Source of the DNA: Escherichia phage vB_EcoM_WFbE185
Sequence record: MK373778.1
Reading direction: 5' to 3' (one strand)
Length of the DNA stretch: 64,000 bases
The position numbers and the translations under genes were made by a program. The notes under the pieces are model-generated. The model saw only the letters and a list, made by a program, of their open reading frames with translations. It was not told where the DNA came from and did not search any database. Positions 1-9,655 of this stretch are shown piece by piece; position 1 is the first letter of the stretch, and every line of letters begins with the position of its first letter.

Positions 1-690
1 GCCACCGTTAAGCAGGAAGCAGTCAAACTGGCTGAATCTCATATCAAAGCCATCGCCGAAAAAGCCGAAGAAGAAGTTGAAAAGGCTAAAGAAGATGCTG
101 AAGAGAAAGCTGATAAAAAATTGGCTGAACAAGCTTCTAAATTCCTAGACCATCTTGCAAAAGAATGGCTCGCAGAAAACCAAATCGCAGTTGATAAAGG
201 CATTAAAGCTGATTTGTTCGAATCCATGCTTGGTGGTCTGAAAGAACTGTTTGTTGAACATAACGTTGTTGTTCCAGAAGAATCTGTAGATGTTGTAGCA
301 GAAATGGAAGAAGAGCTGGCCGAACATAAAGAAGAAACCGCTCGTTTGTTCGAAGAAGTTACCAAACGTGATGCATATATCAATTACGTTCAGCGTGAAA
401 CCGCTATTAATGAAAGCGTAAAAGACCTGACTGAATCTCAGAAAGAAAAAGTTATTGGCCTGGTTGAAGGTATGGATTATTCTGACGCATTTGGTACTAA
501 GTTAACTGCTATTGTAGAAATGGTTAAAGGTTCTACTAAAGAAGAAGCCGCTATTACCGAAAGTATAAATACAGTTGACAATGACGCTGCCGGTCTTAAT
601 TTTGTTGCCGAAGCAGTTGACACTACCACAACTCAGGTAGAACAGAATTCTAATGTAAGTTTATATGCGAAAGTCGCATCTCGTTTCTAA
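1..690 (+). CDS. 22: prohead core scaffold protein gp22 (5' end cut by window start)
   Basis: Frame is open from nt 1 with no stop; acidic/Lys-rich scaffold-like sequence directly upstream of gp23; T4 gene order. Confidence 0.75.
   Translation, partial: ATVKQEAVKLAESHIKAIAEKAEEEVEKAKEDAEEKADKKLAEQASKFLDHLAKEWLAENQIAVDKGIKADLFESMLGGLKELFVEHNVVVPEESVDVVAEMEEELAEHKEETARLFEEVTKRDAYINYVQRETAINESVKDLTESQKEKVIGLVEGMDYSDAFGTKLTAIVEMVKGSTKEEAAITESINTVDNDAAGLNFVAEAVDTTTTQVEQNSNVSLYAKVASRF
564..571 (+). promoter_or_regulatory. late promoter (TATAAATA) inside gene 22, for gene 23
   Basis: Exact TATAAATA 136 nt upstream of the gp23 ATG; T4 gene 23 late promoter lies similarly within gene 22. Confidence 0.55.
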
Positions 691-707
691 TTTAAAGGTT
701 AACACAA

Positions 708-2276
708 ATGACTACTATCAAAACTAAAGCTCAGCTCGTAGACAAATGGAAAGAACTGCTGGAAGGTGAAGGCCTGCCGGAAATCGCTAATAGCAAGCAG
801 GCTATTATCGCTAAAATCTTCGAAAACCAGGAAAAAGATTTCGAAGTATCCCCTGAATATAAAGACGAGAAAATCGCTCAGGCATTTGGTTCTTTCTTGA
901 CCGAAGCTGAAATTGGTGGTGACCATGGTTATAATGCTCAGAACATCGCAGCAGGTCAAACCTCTGGTGCAGTAACCCAAATTGGGCCGGCAGTTATGGG
1001 TATGGTTCGTCGTGCTATTCCTAATCTGATCGCTTTTGATATTTGTGGTGTTCAGCCTATGAACAGCCCTACCGGTCAGGTATTTGCTCTCCGTGCAGTA
1101 TATGGTAAAGACCCTATCGCTGCTGGCGCTAAAGAAGCTTTCCATCCGATGTATGCCCCAGACGCGATGTTCTCTGGTCAGGGTGCTGCTAAGAAATTCC
1201 CAGCTCTGGCTGCTGACACTACTACTGTTGTAGGTGATATCTATACTCACTTCTTCCAAGAAACTGGTACTGTATATCTGCAAGCTTCTGCTGTCGTAAC
1301 ACTTGATTCTGGTGCAACTGATGCAGCTAAATTAGATGCAGAAGTTAAGAAACAAATGGAAGCTGGTGCACTGGTAGAAATCGCTGAAGGTATGGCTACT
1401 TCTATCGCTGAACTTCAGGAAGGTTTCAACGGTTCTACCGATAACCCATGGAATGAAATGGGCTTCCGTATCGATAAACAAGTTATCGAAGCTAAATCTC
1501 GCCAGCTGAAAGCTGCTTACTCTATCGAATTAGCACAAGACCTCCGTGCAGTACACGGTATGGATGCTGATGCTGAACTGAGCGGTATTCTGGCTACAGA
1601 AATTATGCTAGAAATCAACCGTGAAGTTGTTGATTGGATTAACTACTCAGCACAGGTTGGTAAATCTGGTATGACCCTGACTCCTGGTTCTAAAGCTGGT
1701 GTATTTGACTTCCAGGACCCGATTGATATCCGTGGTGCTCGTTGGGCCGGTGAAAGCTTTAAATCTCTGTTGTTCCAGATTGATAAAGAAGCAGTTGAAA
1801 TTGCTCGTCAAACCGGACGTGGTGAAGGTAACTTCATTATCGCTTCCCGTAACGTAGTTAACGTACTGGCTTCAGTTGATACTGGTATTTCTTACGCTGC
1901 ACAGGGTCTGGCTTCTGGTTTTAATACCGACACTACTAAGTCTGTATTTGCCGGTGTACTTGGTGGTAAATACCGCGTATACATCGACCAGTATGCTAAA
2001 CAGGATTACTTCACCGTTGGTTACAAAGGTGCTAACGAAATGGATGCAGGTATTTACTATGCTCCTTACGTTGCACTTACCCCACTGCGTGGTTCCGATC
2101 CTAAGAACTTCCAGCCGGTAATGGGCTTTAAAACTCGTTACGGTATCGGTGTTAACCCGTTTGCTGAAAGTTCCCTGCAGGCTCCAGGTGCTCGCATCCA
2201 GTCCGGTATGCCGTCTATCCTGAACAGCCTTGGTAAGAACGCTTACTTCCGCCGTGTATATGTAAAAGGCATCTAA
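708..2276 (+). CDS. 23: major capsid protein gp23
   Basis: 522 aa; N-terminus MTTIKTKAQL... and most of the length closely match remembered T4 gp23; ATG start. Confidence 0.95.
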   Translation: MTTIKTKAQLVDKWKELLEGEGLPEIANSKQAIIAKIFENQEKDFEVSPEYKDEKIAQAFGSFLTEAEIGGDHGYNAQNIAAGQTSGAVTQIGPAVMGMVRRAIPNLIAFDICGVQPMNSPTGQVFALRAVYGKDPIAAGAKEAFHPMYAPDAMFSGQGAAKKFPALAADTTTVVGDIYTHFFQETGTVYLQASAVVTLDSGATDAAKLDAEVKKQMEAGALVEIAEGMATSIAELQEGFNGSTDNPWNEMGFRIDKQVIEAKSRQLKAAYSIELAQDLRAVHGMDADAELSGILATEIMLEINREVVDWINYSAQVGKSGMTLTPGSKAGVFDFQDPIDIRGARWAGESFKSLLFQIDKEAVEIARQTGRGEGNFIIASRNVVNVLASVDTGISYAAQGLASGFNTDTTKSVFAGVLGGKYRVYIDQYAKQDYFTVGYKGANEMDAGIYYAPYVALTPLRGSDPKNFQPVMGFKTRYGIGVNPFAESSLQAPGARIQSGMPSILNSLGKNAYFRRVYVKGI

Positions 2277-2300
2277 TCTTAATTGATTAAATCTTATTTT

Positions 2301-2318
2301 GGGAGACTTCGGTCTCCC
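2301..2318 (+). terminator. intrinsic terminator after gene 23 (GGGAGAC-UUCG-GUCUCCC plus U tract)
   Basis: 7-bp GC-rich stem, UUCG tetraloop, followed by ATTTTTGG. Confidence 0.6.
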
Positions 2319-2328
2319 ATTTTTGGTT

Positions 2329-2598
2329 TTATTTCTGTGCAATTTTGATGTAAGTTTTCAAAATATTTTGCCAATTAGGCATACCTTCTTGGACATATGC
2401 CGGAGAACCATCTTTGTTTTTGAATGATGCAAGTTTATCAGTGGCCCAATAACCTTTAGCTCGAGCTTCAGAATCAACTTTCATCCATACTTTGTTGAAG
2501 GCATTACCATTAACTTTTGCACCATATTTTTCTACTAACTTAACTGCTTCAGCTTCCAGAACTTTTAAAGTATCTCGTAAGAAACGTGCTTTAGTCAT
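2329..2598 (-). CDS. hypothetical protein, 89 aa, at the 23/24 junction where T4 carries segD
   Basis: ORF with GGAG RBS and its own early promoter (2629-2658); no GIY-YIG motif. Confidence 0.5.
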   Translation of the reverse strand: MTKARFLRDTLKVLEAEAVKLVEKYGAKVNGNAFNKVWMKVDSEARAKGYWATDKLASFKNKDGSPAYVQEGMPNWQNILKTYIKIAQK

Positions 2599-2628
2599 TT
2601 TGTTTACTCCTCTGTAGTTGATAAGTCT

Positions 2629-2658
2629 ATAGTATCACATATCAAATACGTTGTAAAC
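2629..2658 (-). promoter_or_regulatory. early promoter (GTTTAC-N18-TACTAT) for ORF 2329-2598
   Basis: Minus strand GTTTAC then 18 nt then TACTAT, about 30 nt upstream of the ATG. Confidence 0.5.
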
Positions 2659-2664
2659 AATCTT

Positions 2665-2672
2665 TATAAATA
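2665..2672 (+). promoter_or_regulatory. late promoter (TATAAATA) for gene 24
   Basis: Exact TATAAATA 27 nt upstream of the gp24 ATG. Confidence 0.65.
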
Positions 2673-2699
2673 ATCTATATCACATAAGGAAAAAATGCA

Positions 2700-3983
2700 A
2701 TGAGTAAAATCCAAAAATTATTGCGTGAATCTACAACGTCTACTAGCAACTCAATTGGTCGCCCAAATCTCGTTGCTTTGACTCGCGCTACGACTAAATT
2801 AATATATTCTGACATTGTAGCAACACAAAGAACTAATCAACCTGTTGCTGCTTTTTATGGTATCAAATATCTTAACCCAGATAACGAATTCACATTTAAA
2901 ACCGGTGCTACTTATGCTGGCGAAGTTGGATATGTAGACCGAGAAAAAATTACCGAGCTCACAGAAGAATCAAAAGTCACACTAAATAAAGGCGATTTTT
3001 TCAAATATAATAATATCGTTTATAAAGTATTAGAAGATACACCGTTTGCAGATATTCAGGAAAGTGATCTAGAATTAGCTCTTCAGATTGCGGTCGTTCA
3101 TTTAAAGGTACGGTTGTTTTCAGATGCAGCGGTAACAAGCAAATTTGAAAGCTCTGGTAGCGAAATTTCTGATGCAAGATTCCAGATTAATAAATGGCAA
3201 ACCGCTGTTAAATCTCGTAAACTTAAAACTGGCCTAACGGTTGAATTAGCGCAAGATTTGGAAGCGAATGGATTTGATGCCCCTAACTTCTTAGAAGATT
3301 TACTTGCTACTGAAATGGCTGATGAAATTAATAAAGATATTCTTCAGTCTTTAATTACTGTATCGAAACGTTATAAAGTTACTGGAATTACTGACACCGG
3401 ATTTATTGACTTGAGCTATGCGTCTGCTCCAGAAGCAGGTCGTTCATTATATCGAATGGTGTGTGAAATGGTATCACACATTCAAAAAGAGTCAACTTAT
3501 ACCGCAACGTTTTGCGTAGCTTCAGCTCGTGCAGCCGCTATTCTTGCTGCTTCAGGTTGGTTAAAACATAAGCCGGAAGATGATAAGTATCTTTCACAAA
3601 ATGCTTATGGATTCTTGGCAAATGGATTACCTCTTTACTGCGATACTAACAGCCCGTTAGATTATGTTATTGTGGGTGTTGTAGAAAATATCGGCGAAAA
3701 AGAAATTGTAGGGTCCATCTTTTATGCTCCATACACTGAAGGAGTAGATTTAGATGACCCGGAACATGTTGGTGCATTTAAAGTTGTAGTTGATCCAGAA
3801 AGCTTGCAACCGTCTATCGGATTATTGGTTAGATATGCTTTATCAGCAAATCCTTACACAGTAGCAAAAGACGAAAAAGAAGCGAGAATAATTGATGGTG
3901 GGGACATGGATAAAATGGCAGGACGTTCAGACTTGTCTGTTTTACTCGGTGTTAAATTGCCTAAAATTATTATAGATGAATAA
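2700..3983 (+). CDS. 24: head vertex protein gp24
   Basis: 427 aa; position after gp23; late promoter TATAAATA 27 nt upstream; AAGGA RBS. Confidence 0.9.
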   Translation: MSKIQKLLRESTTSTSNSIGRPNLVALTRATTKLIYSDIVATQRTNQPVAAFYGIKYLNPDNEFTFKTGATYAGEVGYVDREKITELTEESKVTLNKGDFFKYNNIVYKVLEDTPFADIQESDLELALQIAVVHLKVRLFSDAAVTSKFESSGSEISDARFQINKWQTAVKSRKLKTGLTVELAQDLEANGFDAPNFLEDLLATEMADEINKDILQSLITVSKRYKVTGITDTGFIDLSYASAPEAGRSLYRMVCEMVSHIQKESTYTATFCVASARAAAILAASGWLKHKPEDDKYLSQNAYGFLANGLPLYCDTNSPLDYVIVGVVENIGEKEIVGSIFYAPYTEGVDLDDPEHVGAFKVVVDPESLQPSIGLLVRYALSANPYTVAKDEKEARIIDGGDMDKMAGRSDLSVLLGVKLPKIIIDE

Positions 3984-3991
3984 ACGAAAAA

Positions 3992-4007
3992 GGGACCGTA
4001 CGGTCCC
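3992..4007. terminator. bidirectional terminator between gene 24 (+) and rnlB (-)
   Basis: GGGACCG-UA-CGGUCCC flanked by A5 and T5 tracts. Confidence 0.6.
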
Positions 4008-4014
4008 TTTTTCG

Positions 4015-5013
4015 TTATGATACTAATTCAATCCATGCAGGACGCAGAACATCTTGCACCATTCGGACTAATTCTTTCTTAACAAGATTCGGATTATCGG
4101 ATGATGTTAATACAATACCTTCACGAGAAGTTTCTTCCAGAATATCTTGAACAGTCAATCCCATCACTTTGCCAAAATCTTTTGGCGTTACAGTCCCAAT
4201 CTTAGAAATCACATTATTAACACGGTTTAATGTAACATAACAAGCTAGGACATCAAGCAAGTTTTTGTCAATTTCGGTTAATGGAACCTGAGTTTTAATA
4301 GGCTTATCAGACTTTTTCTTTTCACTGAATTTAGAGTTCTTGCACTTAATAGCTACACGAGTACCGTTTGGCAGCCATTTAGGGAAACAAGGCTTCAGAA
4401 CATAACCTTCTGCTGTATTATCGCCAATAACATTAGCATCAAATACACAATTATTTGCTTCTACAAGGTCTTCTGACGCAGTAGCATTATAAGCGGCTAA
4501 GACGGAATCAAGGTCATTTGGAATCGCGATAAGAGCATCGAATGTTCCACGACCGAGCATTGGTGCCATTTTAAAACCGAATTCATTACAGAAATCTTGC
4601 ATTTCGTAATCGGTCAAATACGTATTATCACCACTTTCTGTATTGATAAGGATATCGAACACATAAAAATCTTTTTCACCGTAGTCAACACCTTTCTGGA
4701 TTCCACCACCAGCGAATTCACCAAAGACCTGATATGATACAGCTCGAGAACTACCCATTACTTCTTGAACGTTTTTAATAGCCTTATCATACTTCTTGAG
4801 TACAATTTCATAACCATAAAAATCTTCTGCTGGAAGAATAGGGCCTGTGCGCTTGGCGCATGTGACGTTGTCACGTTCAATTATTAACGAGAAGTTAGTC
4901 CCATGGATTTTCTCACGTGCTACCCAAACACCAGTAGTCAAACCATTAGTGTAGAGTTTTTCAATAAACTTAGAGTTGTAGTGGTTTTCAAGACTGCTGT
5001 ATTTCTTAAACAT
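4015..5013 (-). CDS. rnlB: RNA ligase 2 (RnlB)
   Basis: 332 aa; nucleotidyltransferase motif I KIHGTN (Lys-x-His-Gly-x-Asn); T4 position downstream of gene 24. Confidence 0.85.
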   Translation of the reverse strand: MFKKYSSLENHYNSKFIEKLYTNGLTTGVWVAREKIHGTNFSLIIERDNVTCAKRTGPILPAEDFYGYEIVLKKYDKAIKNVQEVMGSSRAVSYQVFGEFAGGGIQKGVDYGEKDFYVFDILINTESGDNTYLTDYEMQDFCNEFGFKMAPMLGRGTFDALIAIPNDLDSVLAAYNATASEDLVEANNCVFDANVIGDNTAEGYVLKPCFPKWLPNGTRVAIKCKNSKFSEKKKSDKPIKTQVPLTEIDKNLLDVLACYVTLNRVNNVISKIGTVTPKDFGKVMGLTVQDILEETSREGIVLTSSDNPNLVKKELVRMVQDVLRPAWIELVS

Positions 5014-5104
5014 AAATCACCATTATAAATAATAATATCAAAATAATTAGCAGAGACTCTATCTCTGACCGGATGTTTAATTTGAATGGATAGAACCTAG
5101 ATTC

Positions 5105-5130
5105 ATTATACCATCAAAAATTGTAAAGCA
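5105..5130 (-). promoter_or_regulatory. middle promoter (MotA box TGCTTTA, 13-nt spacer, TATAAT) for rnlB
   Basis: Minus strand reads aTGCTTTAc-N13-TATAAT; matches T4 middle-promoter architecture; motA is present. Confidence 0.5.
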
Positions 5131-5132
5131 TA

Positions 5133-5384
5133 TTAGAACTTGATTTCTATCCAATGACCATCACGCTGGTCGTGATTAATTTTGTACTGAAAGCCGTTAT
5201 CACGAAGCCATTGACCGACTTGTTCAGTTATAGTTAAATCATTCTTTGACGGATAGTATGTAAATTGTGTCTGGCCTTTGTCAGCGGCTTTCTCTGCCAT
5301 CGCAGAGAAGTTAGTAATAAAATCACTCAACAAATTAGCTTTAGTGGCCAGAGCCCTTTCTCTTAATTCCTGTGCAAAACTCAT
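5133..5384 (-). CDS. hypothetical protein (T4 24.2-like by position)
   Basis: 83-aa ORF in the rnlB-hoc interval; stop immediately followed by the rnlB middle promoter. Confidence 0.5.
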   Translation of the reverse strand: MSFAQELRERALATKANLLSDFITNFSAMAEKAADKGQTQFTYYPSKNDLTITEQVGQWLRDNGFQYKINHDQRDGHWIEIKF

Positions 5385-5575
5385 TTCTTCACCTTTTTGT
5401 TAATCAAACGTTTACGGTATACAACTTTTTCTTTTGCTTTAAACTTTGACCGAGCTGTCTCGGCTTTAGTCCATAGTAATCCAACTTCTTTAGGTTGTAA
5501 ACCGATTTTTTGAGCAATTTCTACGAATGAAAATCCCGCCTCATGTAATGTATAAACTTCAACTTCAGCTCTCAT
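5381..5575 (-). CDS. hypothetical small basic protein (T4 24.3-like by position)
   Basis: ORF-track start at 5581 is a TTG; first ATG is two codons in (MRAEVEV...); overlaps next gene by 4 nt. Confidence 0.45.
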   Translation of the reverse strand: MRAEVEVYTLHEAGFSFVEIAQKIGLQPKEVGLLWTKAETARSKFKAKEKVVYRKRLINKKVKK

Positions 5576-5656
5576 AATCAATCCCGTATTATTTGGTTTG
5601 TGCCATTATATACATCAATCTCAAGTTGTGTTTTGTATGCTTTAAAAACGAAGAAA

Positions 5657-5670
5657 GGGGCCGAAGCCCC
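5657..5670 (-). terminator. terminator after hoc
   Basis: GGGGC-UUCG-GCCCC followed on the minus strand by UUUCUUCGUUUUU. Confidence 0.55.
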
Positions 5671-5676
5671 TTACGA

Positions 5677-7095
5677 TTATGGATATGTATAGATGATACC
5701 AGTTTCCAAAGCAGTTTTATGGATGACGTATCCATTACGTGATTCTTGAACATCAACTTCTGGATAGTCTTTCATCATCTTCTGAAGAGTGTAACGATGC
5801 AGGTAGTATTTACTATCTGCATCTTCAGTTTTCCAATCTTTACCTTCTTCAGTCATTTTTTGTATTTCATCCATAACCCACCAACCGCACCAGATGTAAG
5901 CTGAAGTACGATGTGGAAGAGGATGAACATAAGGTAATTCACCTTCTGGTTCTGGAGCAACTTTATCGGTTACCTGAACTTGTCCTTCTGCTGTAATAGT
6001 TTTGCTATCATAATCAGTAGCAGTAACGACGGCAGTCACTTCAATAGTTTGACTTCCAATAGATGAGGTATCAACGGTATATACATTAGTTGACCCTTCT
6101 ACAGGAGAAGAATCTTTCTTCCATGAATAAGCAATTTGTGCTTCTTCTGGTGCACCAGTAACATTAGCTGTAAATGTAGCCGAAGCATCTTGTTGAACAT
6201 TAATAGAAGGAGGAGTCAATGTAACCTGTGGATTCATTGTCTTCTTATTAACCGTTAATGATACTTCATTCGAAGTAACTTCCTTTGCATCATAATCTGT
6301 CGCAGTTACTTGGGCTACACATTTAATTCTTTTTACTCCACTTGTAGTTGGAGTATAGCTAAATGTAGAGTTAGTTTCTCCACCAATCTGTGAATCATCT
6401 ACATACCACTGATACGTAGCAGACGCTCCAACCGGTTGAGAAGCTAAGGCGGCAGTAAATTGAACTGGGGTTCCAATTACTCCGGCTGAAGGACTATTGG
6501 GAGTTACTGCCAACGTAGTTGTCTGCGTCTTTTTATTAACAGTCAGTGACACTTCATTAGAAGTAACGCTTAGTGCGTCATAATCTGTTGCGGTTACTTG
6601 AGCCACACACTTAATTCTTTTTACCCCGCTTTCGGCAGGAGTGTAATTGAATGTAGCGTTAGTTGCTTCGCCAACAGGAGAATCATCTACATACCATTGA
6701 TAAGTAGCGTTTGCGCCTGATGGCTGCGAAGCTAAAGCGGCAGTAAATTCAATAGCTGTTCCGATTACTCCAGCGTCAGGGCTATTAGGAGTTACAGCTA
6801 AGGTAGTCGTTTGTGTCTTATTTTGAACTGTGATAGTTGTAGAAGCTTCTGCTGTTTCAGCTTCAGCTTCTGGAACTGTATTTGTTGCAACTACTTTAAT
6901 AGACTTTTGACCTGCAGGTCCTTTTAACACATAATCAAAAGTTGCTTCAGCTCCATCTTGCGAAACATCATCTACAGTCCAAGCATATGTAATAGTTCCA
7001 CCTCCAGTTTCACCACTGGGAGTAGCAGTAAACTGCTGAGTCTGATCTATAACTCCAGTAGGTGTTTTAGGAGTTATATCAACTGTAAAAGCCAT
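5677..7095 (-). CDS. hoc: highly immunogenic outer capsid protein Hoc with four Ig-like domains
   Basis: 472 aa; N-terminus MAFTVDITPKTPTGVID and C-terminal capsid-binding region match T4 Hoc; an extra near-identical 96-aa Ig-like domain is present. Confidence 0.85.
   Translation of the reverse strand: MAFTVDITPKTPTGVIDQTQQFTATPSGETGGGTITYAWTVDDVSQDGAEATFDYVLKGPAGQKSIKVVATNTVPEAEAETAEASTTITVQNKTQTTTLAVTPNSPDAGVIGTAIEFTAALASQPSGANATYQWYVDDSPVGEATNATFNYTPAESGVKRIKCVAQVTATDYDALSVTSNEVSLTVNKKTQTTTLAVTPNSPSAGVIGTPVQFTAALASQPVGASATYQWYVDDSQIGGETNSTFSYTPTTSGVKRIKCVAQVTATDYDAKEVTSNEVSLTVNKKTMNPQVTLTPPSINVQQDASATFTANVTGAPEEAQIAYSWKKDSSPVEGSTNVYTVDTSSIGSQTIEVTAVVTATDYDSKTITAEGQVQVTDKVAPEPEGELPYVHPLPHRTSAYIWCGWWVMDEIQKMTEEGKDWKTEDADSKYYLHRYTLQKMMKDYPEVDVQESRNGYVIHKTALETGIIYTYP
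6241..6816 (-). repeat. hoc: in-frame tandem duplication (2 x 288 bp) encoding two near-identical Ig-like domains of Hoc
   Basis: Protein units aa 94-189 and 190-285 both run TQTTTLAVTPNSP...VKRIKCVAQVTATDYDA...SNEVSLTVNKK with about 85% identity. Confidence 0.8.
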
Positions 7096-7104
7096 AAGTT
7101 ATCC

Positions 7105-7773
7105 TTATTTTAATGTTACGAAAGAAGAATTACGAGTTTCACGAATTAGAACTGATCCATCGCGATTAATATAATAAATTAAGCTAAATAATGTTTGGTG
7201 AGCAGAAGCGTGCACAAAACTGGTTGGGCGAGATTTCCAATCTGGGGTTTCGTCTATCCATTGATAAATCCACCAAGGAACAGTAACATATCCTGGGCCT
7301 TTGCCTAATTTAATGAGTGTAGGACTAAAATTTTCAGGCAGAACAAATTTTACTTCTTTATTTACCTCTGGCTCAGGCTCTTTTTCAGATTCAACAACCT
7401 GAGTAATTGCTTCTTCGAATTTATCATGGTCGAATTCTTTTTCTTGTTCGACAACTTCTAATACTTCAACTTGTTCTGTTGGAGAATCAAACAACAGAAT
7501 AGCTTCTTCTTTAACTTCTTCGTTGGTGAAATTAACACCGTCCACATCATCTGCGGCAGTAATTAAATCGGTGATAGATAATCCATCAGTTTCAGGTAAT
7601 GGTTCATCAGCCAGTGCGTTAAGAGCTTCTTCGATATCAATAACAATATTATCGAATGATTTTGTTTTCTTAACACTAATGCCAAATTGTTCCGCATATT
7701 CAAACAGTTTAGCTTTGGCTTCCTTTTTATCAGAAAGAGCACGTAACTCTTCAATATAGTCTTTATCGATCAT
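7105..7773 (-). CDS. inh: Inh (hoc.1) prohead protease inhibitor-like protein
   Basis: 222-aa acidic protein at the T4 inh position between hoc and uvsW; assignment is by synteny. Confidence 0.6.
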   Translation of the reverse strand: MIDKDYIEELRALSDKKEAKAKLFEYAEQFGISVKKTKSFDNIVIDIEEALNALADEPLPETDGLSITDLITAADDVDGVNFTNEEVKEEAILLFDSPTEQVEVLEVVEQEKEFDHDKFEEAITQVVESEKEPEPEVNKEVKFVLPENFSPTLIKLGKGPGYVTVPWWIYQWIDETPDWKSRPTSFVHASAHQTLFSLIYYINRDGSVLIRETRNSSFVTLK

Positions 7774-7786
7774 GATATTTCCTCAT

Positions 7787-7794
7787 TATAAATA
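7787..7794 (+). promoter_or_regulatory. late promoter (TATAAATA) for uvsW
   Basis: Exact TATAAATA 29 nt upstream of the uvsW ATG in the divergent inh/uvsW intergenic region. Confidence 0.65.
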
Positions 7795-7823
7795 TAACTA
7801 TATTTATTACATGGTAATTTGAC

Positions 7824-9338
7824 ATGACTGACATTAAAGTACATTTTCATGATTTTAGTCACGTGCGCATTGAATGCGACGAAAGTACGTTTTACGAACT
7901 TCGTGACTTTTTTAGCTTTGAAGCTGACGGGTATAAATTTAACCCAAAATATCGCTATGGGCAATGGGATGGTAGAATTCGACTTTTAGATTACAATCGT
8001 TTGTTACCATATGGACTTGTAGGACAAATAAAAAAGTTCTGTAACAATATGAGTTATTCTGTATGGATTGACCATAAAATCTTTGAGACCGAAGACCTTA
8101 CCAGGGAAGATTTTGACGCATGGCTTTCTAAACAAGAAATTTATTCAGGCAACGCCAAAATCGAACCGCATTGGTATCAAAAAGATGCAGTATATGAAGG
8201 ACTAGTTAATCGTCGTCGAATTTTAAACCTTCCGACATCAGCAGGTAAATCACTAATCCAAGCACTTTTAGCTCGGTATTATCTAGAGAACTATGAAGGT
8301 AAAATTCTCATTATCGTCCCTACAACAGCATTGACAACCCAGATGGCTAATGATTTTGTTGATTATCGCTTGTTTAGTCATTCGATGATTAAGAAAATTG
8401 GCGGTGGCGCTGATAAAGCGGACAAATCTAAAAATGACGCTCCAATTATTGTTGGCACATGGCAAACTGTAGTTAAGCAGCCTAAAGAATGGTTCTCTCA
8501 GTTCGGTATGATGATGAATGATGAATGCCACTTAGCAACAGGCAAAAGTATTTCTTCAATCATCTCAGGATTAAATAATTGCATGTTTAAATTCGGTTTA
8601 TCTGGCTCATTAAGAGACGGAAAAGCCAATGTAATGCAGTACGTAGGTATGTTCGGTGAAATCTTCCGTCCTGTTAGCACGTCTAAATTAATGGAAGATG
8701 GACAGGTAACTGAGCTTAAGATTAATAGTATTTTCCTTCGTTATCCGGACGAATTCACCACCAAATTAAAAGGTAAAACATACCAAGAAGAAGTTAAAAT
8801 TATTACCGGACTAAAACGTCGTACAAAGTGGATTGCTCAACTTTCAGTAAAATTGGCTAAGAAAGACGAGAACGCCTTTGTAATGTTTAAACACGTTACA
8901 CACGGTAAAGAAATATTTGAAGCTATTAAAGAGCTTGGATACGAAAAAGTTTATTACGTATCAGGTGAAGTTGATACTGAAACACGTAACGCGCTTAAAG
9001 TCATGGCAGAAAATGGTAAAGGCATTATTATTGTTGCATCATATGGAGTATTCTCTACTGGTATTTCAGTCAAGAATCTTCATCATGTTATTTTTGCCCA
9101 TGGTGTTAAATCAAAAATTATCGTACTTCAAACCGTAGGTCGCGTGCTTCGTAAGCATGGTTCTAAAGCTGTTGCTACAGTTTGGGATCTCATCGACGAT
9201 GCAGGTGTAAAACCTAAATCATTAAATACTAAAAAGAAGTATACTCATCTTAATTACTTGTTAAAACACGGTATTGATCGTATCCAACGTTACGCTGATG
9301 AGAAATTTAACTATGTAATGAAAACAATTAATTTATAA
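7824..9338 (+). CDS. uvsW: UvsW DNA/RNA helicase
   Basis: 504 aa; Walker A-like GKS and SF2 helicase motifs; late promoter TATAAATA at 7787-7794. Confidence 0.9.
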   Translation: MTDIKVHFHDFSHVRIECDESTFYELRDFFSFEADGYKFNPKYRYGQWDGRIRLLDYNRLLPYGLVGQIKKFCNNMSYSVWIDHKIFETEDLTREDFDAWLSKQEIYSGNAKIEPHWYQKDAVYEGLVNRRRILNLPTSAGKSLIQALLARYYLENYEGKILIIVPTTALTTQMANDFVDYRLFSHSMIKKIGGGADKADKSKNDAPIIVGTWQTVVKQPKEWFSQFGMMMNDECHLATGKSISSIISGLNNCMFKFGLSGSLRDGKANVMQYVGMFGEIFRPVSTSKLMEDGQVTELKINSIFLRYPDEFTTKLKGKTYQEEVKIITGLKRRTKWIAQLSVKLAKKDENAFVMFKHVTHGKEIFEAIKELGYEKVYYVSGEVDTETRNALKVMAENGKGIIIVASYGVFSTGISVKNLHHVIFAHGVKSKIIVLQTVGRVLRKHGSKAVATVWDLIDDAGVKPKSLNTKKKYTHLNYLLKHGIDRIQRYADEKFNYVMKTINL

Positions 9339-9363
9339 GGGCTTCGGCCCTTAGGAGATAAAA

Positions 9364-9597
9364 ATGGTACTTGAATTTAAACAATTTTTATACGAAGCAT
9401 CTATTGACGAATTCATGGGTAAAATTGCTAGTTGTCATACCTTAGAAGGGCTTGAAGAATTGGAAGCTTATTATAAGAAACGTATAAAAGAAACGGAATT
9501 AAAAGATACAGATGATATTTCTGTCAGGGATGCCTTAGCAGGTAAGCGTGCCGAACTTGAAGGCGACGATGATGAGGATGTGGAAGAAGACTTCTAA
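9364..9597 (+). CDS. uvsW.1: UvsW.1 small acidic protein
   Basis: 77-aa ORF directly after uvsW with GGAG RBS; T4 synteny. Confidence 0.6.
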   Translation: MVLEFKQFLYEASIDEFMGKIASCHTLEGLEELEAYYKKRIKETELKDTDDISVRDALAGKRAELEGDDDEDVEEDF

Positions 9598-9606
9598 TTA
9601 AAAAAA

Positions 9607-9629
9607 GGCCCGACCTTTTTGGAAGGGCC
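9607..9629. terminator. bidirectional terminator between uvsW.1 (+) and the uvsY-side minus genes
   Basis: GGCCC...GGGCC stem flanked by A6 and U-rich tracts. Confidence 0.45.
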
Positions 9630-9655
9630 AAAAACCATAGGCAAAAAAGGTAACA

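Noticed and set aside
39-383. Antisense ORFs inside gene 22 and other antisense or alternative-frame ORFs inside large genes (for example 145-327, 699-1283, 1872-2342, 14029-14328, 14662-14991, 16005-16334, 19656-20243, 28003-28305, 34062-34586, 35285-35653, 42089-42568, 45053-45427, 46620-46887, 52693-52908, 54861-55103)
   Set aside because: Embedded in well-supported conserved genes, often low-complexity (Ser/Thr-rich) shadow frames with no RBS; typical six-frame artefacts.
5024-5031. Plus-strand TATAAATA between rnlB and ORF 5133-5384
   Set aside because: No plus-strand gene downstream for 2.8 kb; lies in the A/T-rich rnlB RBS region; probably chance. An antisense late transcript is possible but unsupported.
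7770-7964. Minus-strand 64-aa ORF overlapping the uvsW start
   Set aside because: Spans the divergent inh/uvsW promoter region and the uvsW N-terminus; no RBS; antisense artefact.
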